This document shows positions 8,114 through 15,145 of a stretch of 31,890 nucleotides of DNA, in pieces. The position numbers and the translations under genes were made by a program. Numbering within the stretch: the stretch's first letter is position 1; each line of letters opens with the position of its first letter. Under the pieces are notes generated by a model. The model saw only the letters and a program-made list of their open reading frames with translations, had not been told where the DNA came from and ran no database searches. The stretch comes from Gemmatimonadota bacterium (GTDB taxonomy: Bacteria > Latescibacterota > UBA2968 > UBA8231), in contig JAYOYH010000049.1 in assembly GCA_038153405.1 (NCBI GenBank), positions 1-31,890 on the forward strand, in the 5' to 3' direction.

Positions 8114-10741
8114 CTAGTACATCAGCGACGAAACGGCTTTGTTTATCATGGCGAGTGCTGCGGCCAGCATGCCGATAAGCGACATGCCGACGCCAAAGCC
8201 AACGCTCAGCACCATGGCGTAACGCCGCCATTCCTGCTTGCCATAGCGACCCCAAAAGTAGTAACGCCCCAACAGGGCCCCTATGATCTGTGGAATGAGA
8301 AAGTGGGGTATGCCGTTTACGCTTTGGACGTAGCCCCAGATCAAAAATATGGGCATGCCGAGAACGGAGAGGGTAAAATAGGCCGTCAAGCCAAATCCTG
8401 CGCCGAAGGCGATGATCGGCCACTTGCGCCCCTGCAGTGGATGGTGAAAATCCTCGTCGACCATTCCGTCGCCGTCGTCGTCGCGGCCGTTGACGACTTC
8501 TTCATCAATCCTACCGTCGCCGTCGTTATCGCGCTGATCTCCCGTAAAGCGCAGATCCTCCCACAGCACCTCAAAGAGCAGCGGCGTATCGGAAGAGCGC
8601 TGCAGAAACTCGCCGTCAAAGGACGGCAGGCGGTCGACCTCAAAATAGAAATCGACGGTGTCTCCTTCTGCTACAACAGCCTTGGCGCGAAAGTTGGGAT
8701 TGGGCGTATCGAGCACCGCGCCATTGGGAGGCCAAATGAGGACCGGCCCCCCGCCTTGCTCGCCTTGTGCTTTTAGGTCTTGCACTCCTTCTGGGACGCG
8801 TTCGGGCGGACTATCCCCATTGAAATCGGTGTAAAAATATCCCGTCTCTGACCAAGCTCCATAGGACCGTTTAACGGGGTCGAGCACATCGACATCGGCC
8901 GTTGTGGTCGCGCGCCAATACCACCATCGCCCGTCTTGTAAATTGCTCGGATTCCACACCGCCTCCCCGCGCACGAGGCGCTGGCCGTCGACTTCTTCTC
9001 CCGAACGCCACATCTTGCTGTACATCGTGCTCGATAGGTAGAGTGCCTGGTCAAAGGCGCGCAGCGGCCACATAAGCTGAGCATAGGGATAGCTCTCAGA
9101 GGGTATGGGCGCCAGCCGCCAGAGAAAGGTCCAGTACATCAGACTAATGCCGAGAACTATGGGCAGCATAAACAACTCGGCCTTGAGCAGGCTAGTAAAT
9201 TTCATACCCGTCAATTCGACGACGCGAAACCCCTCGGCATGCCCACCAAAGTTTCGGGCTGGAAAGGGCACAAACCATATTTCGACACCGCGAAAGCCGG
9301 TCAGAAAGCGGATGGCCTCGTCTATATATGGGATAGAAATCTCTTTGCCTACTAATCCATCGAGACGTGCGCTGACAAAGGACATAATGGGTGCGTAGAT
9401 AAAGGCAATCATAAAGAAGAGCATTAACAGCCAAACGCTCACCAAGGTAGGAAATAGCACCTTGGCCAATACAATCGGATAGATTGCTGCTACGCAGAAC
9501 AGTGCCGCACAGACCCACAGATTGAAGTCGCCTCGTCCAAGGTGTTTGAGACAGTAGCCGCGAACTTCGGCGTGCTGATTGCATTCGTGGTGTTTACATA
9601 TGCCCGCCAGTCCGCTGGCGTTGTCACTGCGCAGTTTTTCCGCTGCTTCTTCGCGCTTTTCTCGGCCAATCGTAAAGAGTTGATAAAAGGAGACAACGGT
9701 CACGGCCAGCGTAATGCCGATGGAAAAAGCGCGCCAGAAATCAATGCCCGTAGCAATTTGGGTGCGGATGGTATCCATCCCCACCTCCCAGCGCGGCAAA
9801 TAGCCCAGATCATAGAGGAATGGGCTGGCAATTGTGTGTATCATGACGCCGGAGAAGGAGCCAATAACTGACCAGAACGGCATGAGCAGCCCAGAAAATA
9901 TAGGGCCGAGATTGAGCGCTATGCCCAACGGGGTCGCCGGCATGACATTGCCCAAGTAGTCCGTTAAATCCCAGAACGGAATAGGCAAAATTTCAATTCG
10001 ACTGCCCCATATTTGCGTCACGGCAGGGATCCCCACATAGACGATGCCGAAAACCGTGCCAATGGCTGCACCAATGCTGAAAACCGGCCACTTCCACGAT
10101 TCATCCTCGTCTCCGCTCTCTTCGGCCAGGGCCATGGACGAGAGTGCCGACATGGGCGCAGTAGGAAAGGGCAACTGCTCCCTATCAGAAGTGAGCCTGA
10201 ACAGCATATAGCCCGAGGTGAACCAGGCGATGCGTCCCATGATGGTGCCGACGATCAATAAGAGGATGGGGACGGCCCAGTCGCGGTGGAAGAAGGTGCG
10301 TTCGGCAATGGCCTCCGAATCGGGTCCGGGCGCCCACCACCAGGGCAGTATCCGCGAAATGCCAAATTGTTCGGCCTCGGCTGAACGCACGAAATACTGG
10401 CGCCACAGCAAGTCCAAAAAGGCGCCCTCTTCGCGCGCGACCAGCGCGGACGCAACGTAGACCAGCAGGTAGATCTCCTGCCTGCGCAGCGAAGTGAACG
10501 AGCGCTTGGCCACTTCGAGAAAGAGAATAACGGTCACCCATTGAGCCGCAGCGCCGATGCCTCCACCGGTAAACAAACCCAGGTACATTTCGCCGGGCGT
10601 CATGATCAGCGAGATAAAGAGCACGCCGATAATGGTGCGGATGGTGAAGCCCTCTTCAAAGCGGTCGGGCGGCTCGAGGAGTTTGCGATACTCCTCTACT
10701 TCTTCCCACTGCCTTTTCTTTTTTTCGTCCTCGGCGCTCAT
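8114..10741 (-). CDS. OPT/YSL-like oligopeptide transporter with inserted zinc-finger-like loop, Fn3/Ig-like domain and DxDGDG repeats
   Basis: Many TM segments; OPT-like hallmarks FTIRTIIG, LRRQEI, EQLPFP; C-terminal 'GFGVGMSLIGM'; about 200-aa soluble insert before the last TMs. Confidence 0.7.
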   Translation of the reverse strand: MSAEDEKKKRQWEEVEEYRKLLEPPDRFEEGFTIRTIIGVLFISLIMTPGEMYLGLFTGGGIGAAAQWVTVILFLEVAKRSFTSLRRQEIYLLVYVASALVAREEGAFLDLLWRQYFVRSAEAEQFGISRILPWWWAPGPDSEAIAERTFFHRDWAVPILLLIVGTIMGRIAWFTSGYMLFRLTSDREQLPFPTAPMSALSSMALAEESGDEDESWKWPVFSIGAAIGTVFGIVYVGIPAVTQIWGSRIEILPIPFWDLTDYLGNVMPATPLGIALNLGPIFSGLLMPFWSVIGSFSGVMIHTIASPFLYDLGYLPRWEVGMDTIRTQIATGIDFWRAFSIGITLAVTVVSFYQLFTIGREKREEAAEKLRSDNASGLAGICKHHECNQHAEVRGYCLKHLGRGDFNLWVCAALFCVAAIYPIVLAKVLFPTLVSVWLLMLFFMIAFIYAPIMSFVSARLDGLVGKEISIPYIDEAIRFLTGFRGVEIWFVPFPARNFGGHAEGFRVVELTGMKFTSLLKAELFMLPIVLGISLMYWTFLWRLAPIPSESYPYAQLMWPLRAFDQALYLSSTMYSKMWRSGEEVDGQRLVRGEAVWNPSNLQDGRWWYWRATTTADVDVLDPVKRSYGAWSETGYFYTDFNGDSPPERVPEGVQDLKAQGEQGGGPVLIWPPNGAVLDTPNPNFRAKAVVAEGDTVDFYFEVDRLPSFDGEFLQRSSDTPLLFEVLWEDLRFTGDQRDNDGDGRIDEEVVNGRDDDGDGMVDEDFHHPLQGRKWPIIAFGAGFGLTAYFTLSVLGMPIFLIWGYVQSVNGIPHFLIPQIIGALLGRYYFWGRYGKQEWRRYAMVLSVGFGVGMSLIGMLAAALAMINKAVSSLMY
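8449..8543 (-). repeat. Two tandem protein-level DxDGDG..DE putative Ca2+-binding repeats
   Basis: GDQRDNDGDGRIDEE / NGRDDDGDGMVDED in the 875-aa protein. Confidence 0.75.
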
Positions 10742-13700
10742 TTACGCACTTTCAACTGCGGGTTCAACGGATTGGACGAGCAAGCTGTCCGCCGTCGTCC
10801 GATGGTATGCCCTCATATCTTCGGCTAGCGTATGCCACAGCAGAAATTCTTTGCGCAGACCGTTTATAAAGCGCCTGTTGACCCGCTGCCAGAATGTGTC
10901 CTGCCCGCTGATCCGCTCGATGTAAATTTCAACTGTATACACTCCGCGGACCGGCGTGGGCAAAAATTCCAGCTGCAAAAACTGGCTGACGCCCATATCA
11001 AAGGGGGCCAACCACAGGAGCAACTGCACGGCATACTCGCGCCCCGCCTCGCCCTCATCGGCAACTATGCGCACTTTTTCAGCGTAGAAATCGCCGATGG
11101 ATTCCTCGCTGTAGGAATTAAAGTAATTGGCGAGAAAGCCGCATAATCCTTGAACTTCGGCCTCGCTCACCATAAAGGGAAACTCAAACTCCCAGCGGTC
11201 CCCCTGCGGTTCGGGCGGCACCCACCGGCGCACCGTATCGGGAACGGAAGCGCGCGCGGCCACCTTGGCCGGATAAATGGTGGACAGCAGGACGACGGCC
11301 ATGACTAACATCGACGATACAATAGCCGACCACGAGGAGTAGTTTAAATTCATTCCCTGCAGCCAGTCAAAGTAAATCAGCACCTTTCCCAGCCCCTGAC
11401 CCAATATGTAACCCAGCGTTACGCCAATAACGGCATATACCACCGCCTCGGCGATAAAGAGCAGGGCGATGTGCATGGGTGCCAAGCCGACGGAAGAATA
11501 AATGCCGATCTCGCGAAAGCGTTCGTATACGGCGCCCATCATCGCATTGAGTACGATAAGCGCAGCAATAAACATCGGAATAACCAACGCGCCCAACCCC
11601 TCGACATTGGTCATACCCATAGACGTGTAGGAATAGACGCCAATGGGCCCATCGCCATCGCCGCGCAGGCCGGCAAAGAGCGTAATGGCCAAGCGCAGAA
11701 GGAAGTCTTCGACCAGGCTCCGCCCGTTCACATCGGACGAAAAGCGCACGGCGACCGAGCGCAGCGTACCGCCAGCCCCGCGCAGCGTGTTATAGGGCAA
11801 GACGACGATATTCTCGGCGTCGAGATGAATAAAGGGCTTGATATCGAGAGCGCTCTCGCTCACTTCCATGGTCATGTTGTCGACGGCATCCGGACCCAGC
11901 GCCTGCGCGCTCGACATCTGGAAGTCGGCGGGCGTCAACGGTTCGTTATCCAAATCGCGCACGGCCTCAAAGGCTGCGGCTGAGAACACTCCGCGCACCG
12001 TCAATTCGCGGCCGAAAATTTGCACCTTTGCCGAACCCATCCCTTCGTCGTCGACCCCGAGAAACTCAGCCGCCTCTTGCGAAATCAAACAGGCATCCAC
12101 GTCGTCAGAAGCGAAAAATGAACCCGCGACAAGCGCTTGTTCAATAGCGCTTACCCCTCTTTCCTCGGGCATTAATCCCAGCAGGCCAGTAGCGCGAACG
12201 ACGCGGTCACCGCGTTCGACTTCGATGTATTTTTTTTGCTCGTCGTCAGAAGCCATATACCAGTTGCGCGGCACGACGAGGGCATCGCCTTCAAAATGGG
12301 AGCGGGCGTAGTCCAGAGTCGGCATATTCAGTTCCGCCCAGTTGCGGTCGCGAATAAGTACGCCCTCGTACGCCCCCTCGTGATCCATGGTAAAGGCCAT
12401 ATACCGCACTTGCGAATTGAACGAAGTAAAGGACAGCACGGTAAACGTGAGCAAGACCAGCGTCAGCAGCGTCAGTCCCGTTCGCATCTTGCGCCGGCGC
12501 ATATTTGAAATGCCCAGCATAAAGGCCGCGTAGGAAGCACTGGTGCGACTGATATCCGTCTCGTGGACGTGGGCATCCCTCGACTGATACTCCTTCATAA
12601 AGCGATTGAAGCGGCTGATGATCATCGAGAGCACAAGGACCGCCATGGCCATAATGGCGAAAGCAAGCAAAACGACGAGTGGGTGAGCTATGGCAAAGGC
12701 GGGATGCACTTGGGAAATGACAATCCACACCACGAAGAGCAGGCAGAAAAAGCCCAACAACTGCTTGCGCACGTCGGAGGCGGCAAAGAGCAGGCGTTCC
12801 CCGAAGAAGGCCGACGGGATGACGAGGGCCAGAAAAAAGACGATGCCCTTTATGACGTCGTTGAGTGTTTCTAGCACTTCGGGGTAGGCGCGCGTGGTAA
12901 CGCCCAACCCGGCGCGAACATTGGAAATATAGGATTCCCAATCGCGGTTCTCTTCGGCCTGCAGGGCATTTTCTATGAAGATACGGCCGCTTTCGTGCAG
13001 GCGCGTAAGGCGCTGGTTTTCGATAGCGTGCTCGCGCATCGTATGCAGGCGCGCTTCGTTGAGATTCCACATATCGCGCAGAATGAGCATACCGGTGCGC
13101 GTCAATTCCTCGCGCGTCAGGTCGTAGCCCCTGCCGCGCGCCATATTTTCGTTCTCACTGCCTTCGCTGTTGAGCAAGAGCATGCGCCCGTTGACCATCA
13201 ACTTTAATCCCGAGCCCTCATCGGCATCTTGTGGCGCAAAAAGCACCCCTACCGGCTCGCGCCAACCGCGCACCATGCCGTACTGGCGCGGGGCGACTCC
13301 CGTCTGATCCATCACGCGCACTTCGCCAAAGGGGCCCAGCGAACGCGGGTCGATTAGACCGTAAAATGCCGTTGAAATACTGGGAAAAAGAACGATGGTA
13401 TTTTCGTTCATCTGCCAGCGAATATTGCTGCTGAGTATCCACCCTGCCGTGGGCGCCCCGTGAAACTTCTGTGCGCGCTCGCTTAGATCGGGTGCGTAAA
13501 TGATATCGCCGCTCTCGTCGTCGAGCAGATAGGCACTAATCCCCGTTGCCCCCGTGCGCAATCCAGGAATCAGCACATTCCCCTTCTCGTCGCTGAGGTG
13601 GTAGTGAGACCAGTGCACCCCTTTGTGGGGTTTCATGCCCGGTCGCACCGAGACCACGGCCCCAGAGATAGGGCGATCCGGCACCTGCGAACGCCGCGGG

Positions 13701-15145
13701 AAAGCGCGAATCTTCGTGCGCAAACTGCGCAGATTATCCTTTAATACAGGGGTAAAATCCTCGAGATCGGCGAAGAGTTCTGGGTCGTTAAAGGCGCGGC
13801 CTAACAGTCGGTTAAGCAGGTCGCTCTGCCTTTGTAAATTGGCAAAGTTAACGTTGGCTACTACGTCGTGGGGCGTGTTCACACCATAGCGCCCGTCATT
13901 GACCGTGACTAAGGCCAGCGAAACAATGCCGGCGTCGAGCGCCTTCATGCTATTAACGCTGACGCCGCCCGGAACAAAGGTGTCCCAATCCATGCCGCGA
14001 ATAGGGCTGATTCCGTTGACGAGGGAACGCTCGGGATCGCGCCCCAACAAGGGCGCGAGTTCCTCGTTATATGAAGAAAAGCGGCGGCCAAAGGGGACGA
14101 AAAAGCGCTTCAAATCGTAGCTATTGGTATTGTTCCACAGCCCCAATTGATCGGTTTGCGTCGTTAGATCAAGGCTGATAAACAGGCGCGGATCGAACGG
14201 CTCCTCCATTTTCGGAACGTAGAACTCGTGCTTGCGGGCATGGCGTTCGAGAAAATCGGCAATGCCGCGCTGCCCCTGAAAATGGGCATCGGTAGCGACC
14301 AATATAACCGTTCGCTCTGGCGGATTGGTGCGCAGGAAACGAGCCAATTCGAGCAGGGCGGCTATGCTGCTGGCCATTTCGGCGGAAGGGGCCAGCGCAG
14401 GTACGACGGAAATGCCGTCGTAATAGGCTTCAACTACGATGGTCTCTTTACTCAGTTCGGGATCGGCCCCGGGAAAGCGCGCCCATATATTCCACGCTTC
14501 GCGCTGCCGCCAATCCATGCGCCCGTGCAGCAGAGCGCGCTCCTCGCCGTCGCCGACCAGTGCCTTTAGCTGCAGGCCCTCCTCCCTGCCAATCCAGAAG
14601 CGCGGTACATCGAGCGGAACGCCGGCGAACTTTTCATCCGCCTGCGCTCGGGTCGTCTGCTCTGGCTCTATAAAGACGATGGCGCGCGCACCTAGGGAAG
14701 CGGCGCGCAGCCAGTTGTTCCAACTGTTAAAGTCAAGTATTATGATGCGCCCATCGAGCGCTTTGCCCTTGAGATCGCGATAGCTGCCGTCCCCGCCATA
14801 GACGATGGGGGCCTGTAGCCCCTCTCTTGGCAGCGTCGTCGTGCGCACTAGGTTGGGCCAAATACCGTGTAGGGAAAATACCTGCCCGTGGCCATCCAAC
14901 TGCAGCGAGCCCCCCCGATCGATGGGCACGGCCATAGAGAAGGCTTCGCGCACGACGTTCAGACCGAGCGCGCGCAGATTGTCCTCAACGAATTGGGCCG
15001 CCTTTTGTCCACCGGGATAGCCGCTCAAACGCGACCCCAGCGAAGCCATGTACTCCACCGTCTGGCGCAGACCGCTCTCGTCGGCCCAGCCAGGGGCCGC
15101 CAGCGCGCAGAGCACGAGCAAATATCGCCTAGCAGTTCCCATCAT
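10742..15145 (-). CDS. Fusion: signal peptide, degenerate M28 peptidase/PA domain, beta-sandwich and helical region, 3 TM, MacB/FtsX-type permease, C-terminal soluble domain
   Basis: Start likely 15145 (ATGA overlap with upstream stop); SRLSGYPG, ETIVVEAYYD, AALLELAR, FISLDL (M28 fold); NMRRRKMRTGLTLL (MacB TM1), ERFREIGIYSSVG...LFIAEA (FtsX coupling helix). Confidence 0.8.
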   Translation of the reverse strand: MMGTARRYLLVLCALAAPGWADESGLRQTVEYMASLGSRLSGYPGGQKAAQFVEDNLRALGLNVVREAFSMAVPIDRGGSLQLDGHGQVFSLHGIWPNLVRTTTLPREGLQAPIVYGGDGSYRDLKGKALDGRIIILDFNSWNNWLRAASLGARAIVFIEPEQTTRAQADEKFAGVPLDVPRFWIGREEGLQLKALVGDGEERALLHGRMDWRQREAWNIWARFPGADPELSKETIVVEAYYDGISVVPALAPSAEMASSIAALLELARFLRTNPPERTVILVATDAHFQGQRGIADFLERHARKHEFYVPKMEEPFDPRLFISLDLTTQTDQLGLWNNTNSYDLKRFFVPFGRRFSSYNEELAPLLGRDPERSLVNGISPIRGMDWDTFVPGGVSVNSMKALDAGIVSLALVTVNDGRYGVNTPHDVVANVNFANLQRQSDLLNRLLGRAFNDPELFADLEDFTPVLKDNLRSLRTKIRAFPRRSQVPDRPISGAVVSVRPGMKPHKGVHWSHYHLSDEKGNVLIPGLRTGATGISAYLLDDESGDIIYAPDLSERAQKFHGAPTAGWILSSNIRWQMNENTIVLFPSISTAFYGLIDPRSLGPFGEVRVMDQTGVAPRQYGMVRGWREPVGVLFAPQDADEGSGLKLMVNGRMLLLNSEGSENENMARGRGYDLTREELTRTGMLILRDMWNLNEARLHTMREHAIENQRLTRLHESGRIFIENALQAEENRDWESYISNVRAGLGVTTRAYPEVLETLNDVIKGIVFFLALVIPSAFFGERLLFAASDVRKQLLGFFCLLFVVWIVISQVHPAFAIAHPLVVLLAFAIMAMAVLVLSMIISRFNRFMKEYQSRDAHVHETDISRTSASYAAFMLGISNMRRRKMRTGLTLLTLVLLTFTVLSFTSFNSQVRYMAFTMDHEGAYEGVLIRDRNWAELNMPTLDYARSHFEGDALVVPRNWYMASDDEQKKYIEVERGDRVVRATGLLGLMPEERGVSAIEQALVAGSFFASDDVDACLISQEAAEFLGVDDEGMGSAKVQIFGRELTVRGVFSAAAFEAVRDLDNEPLTPADFQMSSAQALGPDAVDNMTMEVSESALDIKPFIHLDAENIVVLPYNTLRGAGGTLRSVAVRFSSDVNGRSLVEDFLLRLAITLFAGLRGDGDGPIGVYSYTSMGMTNVEGLGALVIPMFIAALIVLNAMMGAVYERFREIGIYSSVGLAPMHIALLFIAEAVVYAVIGVTLGYILGQGLGKVLIYFDWLQGMNLNYSSWSAIVSSMLVMAVVLLSTIYPAKVAARASVPDTVRRWVPPEPQGDRWEFEFPFMVSEAEVQGLCGFLANYFNSYSEESIGDFYAEKVRIVADEGEAGREYAVQLLLWLAPFDMGVSQFLQLEFLPTPVRGVYTVEIYIERISGQDTFWQRVNRRFINGLRKEFLLWHTLAEDMRAYHRTTADSLLVQSVEPAVESA

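Noticed and set aside
7988..8776. 262-aa + strand ORF
   Set aside because: Antisense shadow of the OPT-like transporter; no motifs
12291..13070. 259-aa alternative-frame minus ORF
   Set aside because: Nested in the 1469-aa gene with Arg/Pro-rich off-frame composition; no frameshift is needed as the main frame is continuous
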